Both the position numbers and the translations under genes were made by a program. The notes beneath the pieces were generated by a model, which worked only from the letters and a program-made list of their open reading frames with translations, was not told where the DNA came from and did not search any database. DNA of 32,000 nucleotides, from contig NC_011979.1 of NCBI RefSeq assembly GCF_000022265.1, positions 1,320,001 through 1,352,000 on the forward strand. The letters are read 5' to 3'. This DNA comes from Geotalea daltonii FRC-32 (GTDB taxonomy: Bacteria > Desulfobacterota > Desulfuromonadia > Geobacterales > Geobacteraceae). Below are positions 17,651-27,088 of this stretch, piece by piece. The number at the start of each line of letters is the position of its first letter. Within the stretch, counting starts at the first letter, position 1.

Positions 17651-18835
17651 TCAGGGTTCGAACGTGGGGATTGCGCGCCTCATGAACTCGTCAAACAATG
17701 GCACAGTGAAAGCCACATCTCCGTATGATGGGCTATAGATCATTCCTTTTTTTATCAGGCCGGCACGTAACGGCCCCATGGCGCTAATCTTTATATGCAA
17801 CTGATCTGCAACGTCACTGGTGCGACAAGCGCCACCACCAAGTTCGGCCATTGCTCGCAGAAACATCTTTTCGCGCGGAGTCAACCGGTCGAACCGCACC
17901 CTGAAGAAGTTTTCATCCAATCGCTTTGAGACCAGATCGCTGGCTTCCTGCACAACCTGCAAAGAAATTGGGGAGGCAACGGCATGGTTCCAGACCTGAT
18001 AACCCCATTCTTGCAGGAAATAGGGATAGCCTTGAGTCAATCTGAATATTTCTGCCAGGGCGTCAGGGGCAAATTCTTCGTGAGCTGCCCGTACGGGATC
18101 TTGAAGTGCCTTATTCGCATCCGGTTCCGGCAGTGGGCCAACCTCTGGAAAATTAAATAATCGCTCGGCGTACGATTTGGACTCTCCGGCCAGACCCGGC
18201 AGGATTGGCAGACCGGCGCCAATAAGCACCAGTGGGAGCTGACTCTGCTGCATTTTGTGCATTGCCATGATCAGGGCACTCAGTTCCAGTTGCTTGAAGT
18301 ACTGGATTTCGTCGATTAGAATGGTTACTGCAACACCGCGTTCCTGTGCTGCTTCAGCCACGGTCATGAAGAGGCTGGGAAGATCGACCTCAAGGTCGCC
18401 GCTGTCAGCCGCACCCGACTCCGGTTCAATGTCCAGACCGATGTCGAACTCGCCCATCGAAATCTTGATTGCGCCGACAAAGCTCTTGAGCACGGCAAGC
18501 CCCCTACGAGCCTTATCTCCGGCTCCGGCGATCCGGTCTAGATCGAACAAAAGGCGCCGCAGATGTGGGGCCAGCAGGACAGCCAGGGATTTCCCTTCGT
18601 GCGCTTCAACCAGGATGGTACGATAGCCAATATTTTTAGCTCTCCGTTCAATCTCATTGAGCAGCACAGTCTTACCAACTCCGCGCAGCCCGGTGAGCAA
18701 TAGGCTCTTCTCCGGCCGTCTTGCGAGCACCCGGCCCAAAAGGACTTCCGCCTGTTCCAATATGGCGTTGCGACCTGCCAATTCTGGTGGTGGAGAACCC
18801 GCTCCGGGGGAGAAGGGATTTTTGATTTTATCCAT
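17651..18835 (-). CDS. orphan AAA+ (ORC/Cdc6- or archaeal-ATPase-like) ATP-binding protein with C-terminal winged-helix-like domain
   Basis: The N-terminus is NPFSPGAGSPPPELAGR. Walker A is GLRGVGKT and Walker B is ILIDEIQ. The C-terminus LTPREKMFLRAMAEL...DVADQL is HTH-like. The ATG at 18833-18835 follows GTGAGG. The track start at 18841 is a GTG. Confidence 0.85.
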   Translation of the reverse strand: MDKIKNPFSPGAGSPPPELAGRNAILEQAEVLLGRVLARRPEKSLLLTGLRGVGKTVLLNEIERRAKNIGYRTILVEAHEGKSLAVLLAPHLRRLLFDLDRIAGAGDKARRGLAVLKSFVGAIKISMGEFDIGLDIEPESGAADSGDLEVDLPSLFMTVAEAAQERGVAVTILIDEIQYFKQLELSALIMAMHKMQQSQLPLVLIGAGLPILPGLAGESKSYAERLFNFPEVGPLPEPDANKALQDPVRAAHEEFAPDALAEIFRLTQGYPYFLQEWGYQVWNHAVASPISLQVVQEASDLVSKRLDENFFRVRFDRLTPREKMFLRAMAELGGGACRTSDVADQLHIKISAMGPLRAGLIKKGMIYSPSYGDVAFTVPLFDEFMRRAIPTFEP

Positions 18836-19168
18836 AACCACCTCACTTCTATAAAGATATATAAGGTTATATCAGAAAAATGCTATAAGTGTATATAAAT
18901 TGCTATAACCATCAGCCTGATAGAGATAGATCACACCAACCGTGTCCTCCTGTTAATAATTCCTGCATCATCCCCCTCGCAAACCCGCATGTCTGCTGGG
19001 CATGATTTCCTTCAGGCGGTAGCATCTTTATTACGTGCGTTCGAATACGCCACCTCTGGCAATTTGCGGCATTTAATAAATTGACAATGTGCCGTAAATA
19101 ATATAGTCACATCCAATGTGCTGCCGCAACGAGGGATGCAGTTCAGGAAATAACCGGGGAGTTGATGC

Positions 19169-20782
19169 ATGAACAAGGAACGATTCCTGAACAGGAATGA
19201 GCTGACACTGCTGGTTTCACTGTTTACCGTGGCCCTCCTGGTAAGGCTTTATTTCATTCCTTTCTATCGAGTCATTTCAGCCGATGGCGTTGGCTATGTA
19301 TCTGCGGCGAGAAATCTTATCAACGGCAACTTTGCTCCGCTTACTACCTATGGTGTCATATATCCGTCATTGACGGCGATGGTAAGTTTATTAGGCGTAG
19401 ATACGGAGTCAGCCGGTCGCCTCGTATCGGCAGTGATGGGCAGTCTGCTGATCTTTCCGCTGTACCTGCTTGCCAGGGATTTCTTTGAGCGTTCTGTTGG
19501 CATTATTGCCTGCATTCTCGTGATCGCCTGGCCGCCACTGCGCTCCTGGGCTTGCGAGGTCATGACCCAGGCAACATACATCACCTTGCTCGTCACATGG
19601 TACTGGCTTTTGTGGCAGGCTTTCCGCCGCGGGTCCGGGCGATGGGCGCTTGTCGCTGGCGCTGTAGCCGGGCTTTCATACCTTACCAGGCCGGAATCTC
19701 TGGTTGCCTTTGCCTTTATGGCGCCGGTACTGCTCCTGCCGTGCGGCGGCACCAGGAGCGTGAAAAAACGACTCCTTCTGATTTCAGTATGTGCAGGTTC
19801 TTTTATACTGATGTTGTTGCCCTTTGTCCTGCTGGTTCACAATGTTACCGGCCAGTGGCAATTGACCGGCAAGGGGGGCGCAACCCTTGCCGATGCCTTG
19901 AGCGAGTACCTGGGCCGGCCGGATCTGAAAAACGAACCCGGCTTTAAGGGAATCGGATTTCTTGAAGTGATTCGCTCCTACCCGGATTTTCTCTGGATAA
20001 ACCTTTCGCAAAATCTGATCAAAGTCTTCCAGACCATGGTGCCCTTGTATATGTGGATCGCCGTGGTAACCGGTTTCTTTTGGGGAAGGTGGAAGCGGGA
20101 GCAGATAACCCGGCGAGTGTATTTATTGGCATCTTTTGCTCCCTTCGGCATCATCGTGGTCTTTTTCTTTGTTGGGCCTGAATACCTGCAACCGTACCTG
20201 CCGGTGCTTTTTCTATGGGTGGGTAATGGTCTGTATTCCGCTGAACTTTGGCTGTCGGGACTGTTTACTGCAAACAGTGGCCTTTCTAAATATATGGCTT
20301 GGGCACCGGTTTCCATTATCGCGGTCTCACTGCTTACCCTGTACACTTTTGCCGCGCAGATTCCCGCAGATCGCAACAAGCCTTATCAATTCGAAGATGA
20401 TGGCGGTCGTTACGACCAGCGTCGTATCGGAGAGCTCCTGAAAAAACATCTCCCCCCGGGAGCAAAAATAATGACCCGGTGGGGAAGAATATCCTTTTAT
20501 GCCGAAATGGAAAATGTAGGCATGCCCCAGACGGACCTTAAGGAGATGGTATCCACGGCCAGGCAGAAAGGGGCAAGATATATAATAATCGATGGTATGC
20601 TGGCCGGTATGCGACCGCAATTCGAGCTGCTTTTCCTGCCTCTTTTCAATGCACCTGCGTCAATCTTCAGTACAGCCCCACGGGACGGAGACTCTTTCAC
20701 CCCCTTGGCCGGGGTGCGCCTCCATCTGTTGTATAAAGATCCTTCCAGTGTCGGAGTAGCGGTTTATGAAGTCACACCTTAA
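19169..20782 (+). CDS. GT-C fold membrane glycosyltransferase (family 39 / ArnT-PMT_2-like)
   Basis: There are about 10 or more predicted TM segments and the N-terminus LLVRLYFIPFYRVISADGVGYVSAARNL is typical of the PMT_2/ArnT class. The C-terminal roughly 130 aa form a soluble domain. A GGGGAG RBS is present. Confidence 0.85.
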   Translation: MNKERFLNRNELTLLVSLFTVALLVRLYFIPFYRVISADGVGYVSAARNLINGNFAPLTTYGVIYPSLTAMVSLLGVDTESAGRLVSAVMGSLLIFPLYLLARDFFERSVGIIACILVIAWPPLRSWACEVMTQATYITLLVTWYWLLWQAFRRGSGRWALVAGAVAGLSYLTRPESLVAFAFMAPVLLLPCGGTRSVKKRLLLISVCAGSFILMLLPFVLLVHNVTGQWQLTGKGGATLADALSEYLGRPDLKNEPGFKGIGFLEVIRSYPDFLWINLSQNLIKVFQTMVPLYMWIAVVTGFFWGRWKREQITRRVYLLASFAPFGIIVVFFFVGPEYLQPYLPVLFLWVGNGLYSAELWLSGLFTANSGLSKYMAWAPVSIIAVSLLTLYTFAAQIPADRNKPYQFEDDGGRYDQRRIGELLKKHLPPGAKIMTRWGRISFYAEMENVGMPQTDLKEMVSTARQKGARYIIIDGMLAGMRPQFELLFLPLFNAPASIFSTAPRDGDSFTPLAGVRLHLLYKDPSSVGVAVYEVTP

Positions 20783-21761
20783 AGATTCAGAGGCACTGTC
20801 GGGAAACGGGAGACAGTCAGTCGCCGTAGTTATCCCCTGTTATGGCGTCCGCAATCATATACTTGGCGTGATCAGTGCGATTGGCCCGGAAGTGCAGGCA
20901 ATTTATGTGGTAGATGATGCTTGTTTCGAACAGACGGGAAGATACGTCTCGGAAAAGTGCCATGATTCACGGATTCGGGTTCTTTTCAACAGGGAAAACC
21001 GTGGTGTAGGGGGGGCTACGATTGCCGGTTACCGGCAGGCGATCAGTGACGGCGCCGACATCATTGTCAAGCTTGATGGTGACGGGCAGATGGACCCCAA
21101 ACATATCCCCATCCTGATTTCACCCATTGTTAACGGTGTTGCAGATTACACCAAGGGCAACAGGTTCTACTACCTTGAAGGGGTGCAACAGATGCCCCTG
21201 GTGCGCCTGCTCGGCAATGCGGCCCTTTCCTTTATTGCCAAATTTTCTTCCGGGTATTGGGATATTTTTGATCCCACCAACGGATTCACTGCCGTGCACT
21301 CCAAGGTGGTGGAACATCTACCCCTGGAAAAGATAGATAATCGCTATTTCTTTGAGTCAGACATGCTGTTCAGGCTGAACATCATTCGTGCTGTTGTGAT
21401 GGATGTGCCGCTTCCCGCAAGATATGCGGATGAAAAAAGTAACTTGAAAGTCTTCCGTTCGATCCCTGAATTCGCTTGCAAGCATATGCGGAATACCTTG
21501 AAGAGAATCTTTTACAACTACTATCTTCGTGATTTCAGTGCCATGTCGCTGGGTCTTTTGCTGGGACTCCTGGCCCTTTCCATAGGCATGGTTGTCGGAA
21601 GTACGGCATGGGTGACATCTGTGCGCACTGGAGTGGTGGCAACCAGCGGCACGGTAATGCTCGCTGCATTACCGACGCTGGTGGGCATCCAGTTGATTTT
21701 ATCTTTTCTGGCGACAGATTCTGCAAACGTACCGAAAATACCACTGCAAAAACGTTTATAA
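20766..21761 (+). CDS. family 2 glycosyltransferase, polyprenyl-phosphate sugar synthase type (GtrB/ArnC/DPM1-like)
   Basis: Motifs VAVVIPCYG, YVVDDAC and KLDGDGQ are present, with two C-terminal TM helices. The start overlaps the upstream GT-C gene by 17 nt. Confidence 0.88.
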   Translation: MKSHLKDSEALSGNGRQSVAVVIPCYGVRNHILGVISAIGPEVQAIYVVDDACFEQTGRYVSEKCHDSRIRVLFNRENRGVGGATIAGYRQAISDGADIIVKLDGDGQMDPKHIPILISPIVNGVADYTKGNRFYYLEGVQQMPLVRLLGNAALSFIAKFSSGYWDIFDPTNGFTAVHSKVVEHLPLEKIDNRYFFESDMLFRLNIIRAVVMDVPLPARYADEKSNLKVFRSIPEFACKHMRNTLKRIFYNYYLRDFSAMSLGLLLGLLALSIGMVVGSTAWVTSVRTGVVATSGTVMLAALPTLVGIQLILSFLATDSANVPKIPLQKRL

Positions 21762-21877
21762 TCCCGTCTTGTAAAGAAACTCTCCTCGCTGGCACACTTG
21801 AGATACATTTCTCGTCACCTCATCATTCACTGACAACGCACTCTGCCTTATGTGAAGGTTTCCCTATTAATTTTCCG

Positions 21878-21906
21878 TTGACAAGGAGCCGCATCAGTAG
21901 TTATAA
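21878..21906 (+). promoter_or_regulatory. candidate promoter of the tetR-family gene
   Basis: TTGACA, a 17-nt spacer, then TTATAA. The palindromic operator follows immediately. Confidence 0.5.
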
Positions 21907-21907
21907 A

Positions 21908-21923
21908 GAATGAACGTTCATTC
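21908..21923. promoter_or_regulatory. perfect 16-bp palindrome, candidate TetR operator (autoregulation)
   Basis: GAATGAACGTTCATTC lies between the -10 box and the tetR RBS. Confidence 0.6.
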
Positions 21924-21943
21924 CGTAAAAGAGGATTTGTAGA

Positions 21944-22516
21944 ATGGAAAAATGTGACAAAAAGGAAACGATAATCCAGGCGGCTCTCGAACTTGTTGCG
22001 GAACATGGCTTCCATGGTGCCCCCATGGCGATGATCGCCGAGAAGGCTGGGGTTGGAGCAGGGACCATTTACCGTTATTTCGACTGCAAGGACACCCTGA
22101 TCATGGAGATCTATGGCATTGTCGAAGAGCGATTCGTGACGGCGCTCATGGAGGGGTACCCGGAGAAAGGCTCAGTGCGCGAGCGGTTTCTCCACATGGG
22201 CGCGGTGCTGGTCAGGCACCTTATAGCGGCCCCGCTGGAGCTGCGTTTCGTCGAACAGTTTCACAATTCTCCATACGGCGTTGCCCATCGTCGGGAAAAG
22301 CTTTTCGGCGAACGGGAAAAGGACATCATAAGGGAACTTTTCGACGAAGCCAAGCAGCAGCAGATCTTCAAGGACCTGGATTTACCCATACTTTTCGCCC
22401 TGTCTTTCGGGCCGCTGGTGGACGTGAGCAGGGATCATATCCTGAAGTTCATCAACCTCACCGATCAGCTGATCGAACAAACGGTCGGTGCCTGCTGGGA
22501 TGCGGTAAGGCGCTGA
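21944..22516 (+). CDS. TetR/AcrR family transcriptional regulator
   Basis: The N-terminal HTH is IIQAALELVAEHGFHGAPMAMIAEKAGVGAGTIYRYF. The protein is 190 aa and sits immediately upstream of the RND operon. Confidence 0.92.
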   Translation: MEKCDKKETIIQAALELVAEHGFHGAPMAMIAEKAGVGAGTIYRYFDCKDTLIMEIYGIVEERFVTALMEGYPEKGSVRERFLHMGAVLVRHLIAAPLELRFVEQFHNSPYGVAHRREKLFGEREKDIIRELFDEAKQQQIFKDLDLPILFALSFGPLVDVSRDHILKFINLTDQLIEQTVGACWDAVRR

Positions 22517-22525
22517 GTACAAACG

Positions 22526-22541
22526 GAATGAATATTCATTT
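22526..22541. promoter_or_regulatory. second candidate TetR operator upstream of the RND operon
   Basis: GAATGAATATTCATTT contains a perfect 14-bp palindrome, AATGAATATTCATT, with the same half-sites as 21908-21923. Confidence 0.55.
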
Positions 22542-22714
22542 CTACTAATTTTGAGGTTACAAGTGCTTACCAAGCTGTTTCTTTTATTGCTGGCTGCCAT
22601 GTGGAGCTTGATCATAATCATCGCTTTTTCACGGCGCAAATGAACCCGCTGCTGCAGCCGCAATGGCGGTGTTTACTATAGGCTTTATTCAACAAAATCA
22701 TACGAGGTATTTCA

Positions 22715-23917
22715 ATGCAGATCACGAAGAGAGCACAATTAATCGCCGTCACCACCATTATCAGTGGTTGCATGCTGCTTTCCGGTTGCGGAAAGAAGAA
22801 GCAGGCAGGTCCGGTAAAATCCGGACCCCCCGAGGTAGGTGTCATCGAGGTGAAGCCGCAGCGGGTTGCCTTGACTACCGAACTGCCTGGCCGCACGTCG
22901 CCTTATATGATCGCCGAAGTCAGGCCGCAGGTGAGTGGCATCATCCAGAAGCGTATTTTTACTGAGGGCAGCGATGTGAAGGCCGGGCAAGTGCTCTACC
23001 AGATTGATCCGGCCACCTATCAGGCTGCCTATGCCAGCGCCAGAGCGGCAGAATCCCGCGCTGAAGCCAACCTGGTCCCGGCCCGACTCCGCGAGGAACG
23101 TTTCCGTGAACTGGTTAAAATAAAGGCCGTGAGCCAGCAGGATTACGATAATGCCTATGCCTCACTGAAACAGGCCGAGGCCGATCTGGCTTCAGCCAAG
23201 GCGGCGGTCGAAACGGCCCGCATCAATCTGGCATACACCAAAGTGACTGCACCGATCAGCGGCCGTATCGGCCGCTCGACCGTGACCAACGGCGCCCTGG
23301 TTACCGCCAACCAGCCGGCTGCCCTGGCCACCATCCAGCAGCTCAGTTCCGTATATGTGGATGTGACCCAGTCCAACTCGGAGATGTTGCGACTGCAACA
23401 GAGCCTGGCCAGTGGTCTGCTGAAAAAGGACAATGCGGGTCAGGCGCGCGTCAAGCTGATATTGGAGGACGGGACTGCCTATCCCGTGCCCGGCACGCTC
23501 AAGTTTTCGGAAGTAACCGTGGACCAGAGTACCGGTTCCATCACTCTGCGGGCAGTGTTCCCCAATCCGAAACAGACATTGCTGCCGGGCATGTTCGTCA
23601 GAGCCGTCCTGGAAGAAGGGATAAATGAACAGGCAATTCTGGTGCCCCAGCGTGGCGTGACCCGCAATCCGGCCGGCAATGCCATGGTCTTGGTGGTCGG
23701 GGCTGAGGATAAAGTGGAGCCCAGGGTAATCAATGTCGCCCGGACCGTCGGCGACAGCTGGCTGGTGAGCGACGGCTTGAAAACCGGGGACCGGATCATC
23801 CTGGAGGGAATCCAGAAGGCCCGGCCCGGTACCCAGGTCAAGGCCGTGCCCTTTAACAGCAACCCGGAACCAGCGCCCACCGGCGCAGGACAACCTGCCG
23901 CAACAGCTAAAAAATAA
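22715..23917 (+). CDS. RND efflux periplasmic adaptor (membrane fusion) lipoprotein, AcrA/MexA-like
   Basis: A lipobox LLSGC is present. Motifs [18 protein letters not shown], the coiled-coil hairpin region and [13 protein letters not shown] are typical of the family. Confidence 0.93.
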   Translation: MQITKRAQLIAVTTIISGCMLLSGCGKKKQAGPVKSGPPEVGVIEVKPQRVALTTELPGRTSPYMIAEVRPQVSGIIQKRIFTEGSDVKAGQVLYQIDPATYQAAYASARAAESRAEANLVPARLREERFRELVKIKAVSQQDYDNAYASLKQAEADLASAKAAVETARINLAYTKVTAPISGRIGRSTVTNGALVTANQPAALATIQQLSSVYVDVTQSNSEMLRLQQSLASGLLKKDNAGQARVKLILEDGTAYPVPGTLKFSEVTVDQSTGSITLRAVFPNPKQTLLPGMFVRAVLEEGINEQAILVPQRGVTRNPAGNAMVLVVGAEDKVEPRVINVARTVGDSWLVSDGLKTGDRIILEGIQKARPGTQVKAVPFNSNPEPAPTGAGQPAATAKK

Positions 23918-23928
23918 GGAGCCTCTCC

Positions 23929-26900
23929 ATGCCTCGCTTTTTCATAAACAGACCCATATTTGCCTGGGTAATCGCCATCATGACCATGCTGGCCGGTCTG
24001 CTGGCCATCAAGACCTTGCCGGTTTCCCAGTATCCGCCGATCGCGCCGCCGCAGATAACCATCAACGCCATGTATCCCGGTGCTTCAGCCCAGACCGTTC
24101 AGGATACGGTCACCCAGGTGATCGAGCAGAAGCTGAACGGCATAGACAACCTGATTTACATGTCATCCACCAGCGACTCGGCCGGCGCCGTGGCCATTAA
24201 CCTGACCTTCAAGGCAGGCACTGACCCGAACATCGCCCAGGTGCAGGTGCAGAACAAGCTGCAGCTGGCCACGCCGCTCCTGCCGCAGATCGTCCAGCGC
24301 CAGGGGATTCAGGTGGTCAAGTCCACAAGGAACTTTCTGATGGTGGTCGGACTGGTGTCGGAGGATGGTTCCATGGGCCGCCATGCCCTGACCGACTATA
24401 TGGTGGCCAATATTCAGGACATCATCAGCCGGACGGAAGGGGTCGGCGAGGTAACGGTCTTCGGCTCCCAAAATGCCATGCGCATCTGGCTGAACCCGGT
24501 CAAGCTGAACAATTTTCATCTGACTACAAGCGATGTGATTGCCGCAGTTCAGGCACAGAACGCCCAGGTTTCGGCCGGCCAGTTCGGCGGCAATCCGGCG
24601 CCGCAGGGGCAGCAGTTGAACGCTACCATCACGGCGCGGACCCTGATGCAGACGCCGGAACAGTTTGATGCCATAGTTCTTCGCACCAACCCTGACGGCT
24701 CGACAGTCAAGCTCAAGGATGTGGCTGAATGTAAAATCGGCACCGAGAATTACGATATCGAGGCACGCTACAAGGGTAAACCCATTGGCGGCATGGCCCT
24801 AAGACTTGCGGCCGGCGCCAACGCCCTGGATACGGCCGATCGGGTCAAGGCCAAGATGGCTGAACTGGAAAAATTCGTTCCCCAAGGGGTGAAGGTAGTT
24901 TATCCCTATGACACCACCCCCTTTGTCAAGATCTCCATCGAAGAGGTGATCCAAACCTTGATGGAGGCGGTTTTCCTGGTCTTTGTCATCATGTTCCTAT
25001 TCCTGCAGAACATCCGTGCCACCCTGATCCCGACCATCGCCGTGCCGGTGGTGCTGTTGGGGACCATGGGGGTGCTCTCCGCCGCAGGTTTTTCCATCAA
25101 CACCCTGACCATGTTCGCCCTGGTCATTGTCATCGGTCTGTTGGTGGATGACGCCATTGTCGTTGTGGAGAACGTGGAACGGATCATGTCCGAGGAGGGA
25201 TTATCCCCCCATGATGCCACCATCAAGTCCATGGGGCAGATCACAAGCGCCCTGTGGGGCATTGCCACCGTGCTGACGGCAGTCTTTCTGCCCATGGCTT
25301 TCTTCGGCGGTTCCACCGGCGTCATCTATCGTCAGTTTTCCATCACCATCATCTCAGCGATGATCCTTTCGGTATTGACGGCGATGATCCTGACCCCCGC
25401 CCTCTGCTCCACCCTCCTGAAGCCGGTGGCAAAGGGCCATGAGGCGTGTGAGTCGGGATGGTTCTGCGGTTTCTTCCGCCTGTTCAACAAAGTGTTTGAC
25501 TGGAGCAGAGGCAAGTATGAAGGGATTGTCGGCCGATCTTTTGGTAAGCCGGTGCGCTATCTGGTGGTGTACGGCGCCATTGTCGCTGCCATGGTGTTCT
25601 TTTTCCTGCGGCTTCCCACCGCCTTCCTGCCTGACGAGGACCAGGGATTCATCATCTGCCAGGTCCAGTTGCCTGCCGGCGCCACCCAGGAGCGAACGCT
25701 GAAGGTTATCGAGCAGATGGAACAGCATTTTCTTGAAAAGGAGAAAAAGTCCGTAGAATCAATTATTACTGTTGCCGGCTTCAGCTTCGCCGGTCGTGGG
25801 CAGAATATGGGCCTTGCCTTTGTAAGGCTCAAGGACTGGAAACTGCGCCCAACTCCTGATTTGAAGGCGCCGGCCGTTGCCGGCCGTGCCATGGCGGCCT
25901 TTTCTCAATATAAAGATGGTCTGGCCTTTGCCTTTTCGCCACCGGCGGTGGTGGAACTGGGGCAGGCTAACGGCTTCGACTTTCAGCTGCAGGACCGTGG
26001 CGGTCTGGGGCATGACAAACTGATGGAGGCGCGTAACCAGCTTCTGGGGATGGCCATGAAGAACCCCAAGCTGATCGCGGTGCGGCCCAACGGCCAGGAT
26101 GACTCACCCCAGTTCAAACTGGATATTGACGATGTTCGGGCCGGCGCCCTCGGGGTCTCCCTGGCGGATGTCAACAGCGTTCTGTCCACTGCCTGGGGGA
26201 GTTCTTACGTCAATGACTTTATCGAGAACGGCAGGGTAAAGAAGGTCTATCTGCAATCCGATCCCAAGTACCGGATGCTGCCGGAGGATATCAACAATTG
26301 GTATGTGAGCAACAAGACCGGCGAGATGGTGCCGTTTTCAGCCTTTGCCACAGCACACTGGCAATATGGTTCTCCCCGCCTGGAGCGCTATAACGGCATT
26401 CCGTCGGTGGAGATCATGGGGCAGGCGGCCCCTGGCGTGAGCACTGGCGAGGCGATGGCCGAAATGGAAAAGATGGCTGCCCAGTTGCCTCCCGGTATCG
26501 GTTATGAATGGACCGGGCTCTCCTATGAGGAAATACAGTCAGGCAAACAGGCTCCGGCCCTCTATGCCATCTCGCTTCTGGTGGTTTTCCTCAGCGTGGC
26601 GGCTCTTTATGAAAGCTGGACCATTCCCTTTGTTAACCTGCTGATGCTGCCGCTGGGCCTGGTGGGGGCGGTTATGGCCATTACCCTTCGCATGTTGCCC
26701 AACGATGTCTATCTCCAGATCGGCCTGCTAACTACCGTCGGGCTTTCAACCAAGAACGCCATCCTGATCATACAGTTCATCAAGGATCAGATGCATCAGG
26801 GCCATGAGCTGGTCGAGGCTACCCTGGCGGCGGTGAAGATCAGGCTGCGCCCGGTTATCATGACCTCGTTGGCTTTCTTCTTCGGCACGCTGCCCCTGGC

Positions 26901-27087
26901 ACTTACCAAGGGGGCTGGGGCCGCAGCCCAGAATGCCATAGGAACGGCGGTTACGGGAGGATTGCTCTCGGCAACCTTCATCGATCTGCTGTTTATTCCA
27001 TTTTTCTTTGTGCTGGTCTCGCGCATCTTTGCCCGAAAGCGGGTCGTTGAACCGGCTGCCGGCGCCAATGCCCAGGAGGTGCATTGA
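23929..27087 (+). CDS. RND multidrug efflux permease, AcrB/MexB-like (HAE1)
   Basis: The N-terminus is [17 protein letters not shown]. The protein is 1052 aa with a 12-TM architecture. Motifs [16 protein letters not shown] and [13 protein letters not shown] are present. Confidence 0.95.
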   Translation: MPRFFINRPIFAWVIAIMTMLAGLLAIKTLPVSQYPPIAPPQITINAMYPGASAQTVQDTVTQVIEQKLNGIDNLIYMSSTSDSAGAVAINLTFKAGTDPNIAQVQVQNKLQLATPLLPQIVQRQGIQVVKSTRNFLMVVGLVSEDGSMGRHALTDYMVANIQDIISRTEGVGEVTVFGSQNAMRIWLNPVKLNNFHLTTSDVIAAVQAQNAQVSAGQFGGNPAPQGQQLNATITARTLMQTPEQFDAIVLRTNPDGSTVKLKDVAECKIGTENYDIEARYKGKPIGGMALRLAAGANALDTADRVKAKMAELEKFVPQGVKVVYPYDTTPFVKISIEEVIQTLMEAVFLVFVIMFLFLQNIRATLIPTIAVPVVLLGTMGVLSAAGFSINTLTMFALVIVIGLLVDDAIVVVENVERIMSEEGLSPHDATIKSMGQITSALWGIATVLTAVFLPMAFFGGSTGVIYRQFSITIISAMILSVLTAMILTPALCSTLLKPVAKGHEACESGWFCGFFRLFNKVFDWSRGKYEGIVGRSFGKPVRYLVVYGAIVAAMVFFFLRLPTAFLPDEDQGFIICQVQLPAGATQERTLKVIEQMEQHFLEKEKKSVESIITVAGFSFAGRGQNMGLAFVRLKDWKLRPTPDLKAPAVAGRAMAAFSQYKDGLAFAFSPPAVVELGQANGFDFQLQDRGGLGHDKLMEARNQLLGMAMKNPKLIAVRPNGQDDSPQFKLDIDDVRAGALGVSLADVNSVLSTAWGSSYVNDFIENGRVKKVYLQSDPKYRMLPEDINNWYVSNKTGEMVPFSAFATAHWQYGSPRLERYNGIPSVEIMGQAAPGVSTGEAMAEMEKMAAQLPPGIGYEWTGLSYEEIQSGKQAPALYAISLLVVFLSVAALYESWTIPFVNLLMLPLGLVGAVMAITLRMLPNDVYLQIGLLTTVGLSTKNAILIIQFIKDQMHQGHELVEATLAAVKIRLRPVIMTSLAFFFGTLPLALTKGAGAAAQNAIGTAVTGGLLSATFIDLLFIPFFFVLVSRIFARKRVVEPAAGANAQEVH

Positions 27088-27088
27088 G

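Noticed and set aside
17523-17738. 71-aa plus-strand ORF after the tRNA
   Set aside because: It has no RBS, overlaps the 3' end of the convergent ATPase gene and has no features. It is probably spurious.
19031-19060. GTTCGAAT match to the tRNA-Arg T-arm as a possible attR remnant
   Set aside because: Only an 8-mer matches and the flanks diverge immediately. About one such match is expected by chance in 64 kb of two-strand sequence.
20125-20140. TTGGCATCTTTTGCT as a sigma-54 (-24/-12) promoter
   Set aside because: The GG-to-GC spacing is 8 nt rather than the canonical 10 nt. The site also lies inside the GT-C coding region.
22599-22643. 14-codon hydrophobic mini-ORF (MWSLIIIIAFSRRK) upstream of the RND operon as a leader-peptide attenuator
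   Set aside because: There is no Shine-Dalgarno sequence before its ATG, and I could not fold a convincing alternative terminator/antiterminator pair. It is worth checking only if Ribo-seq data exist.
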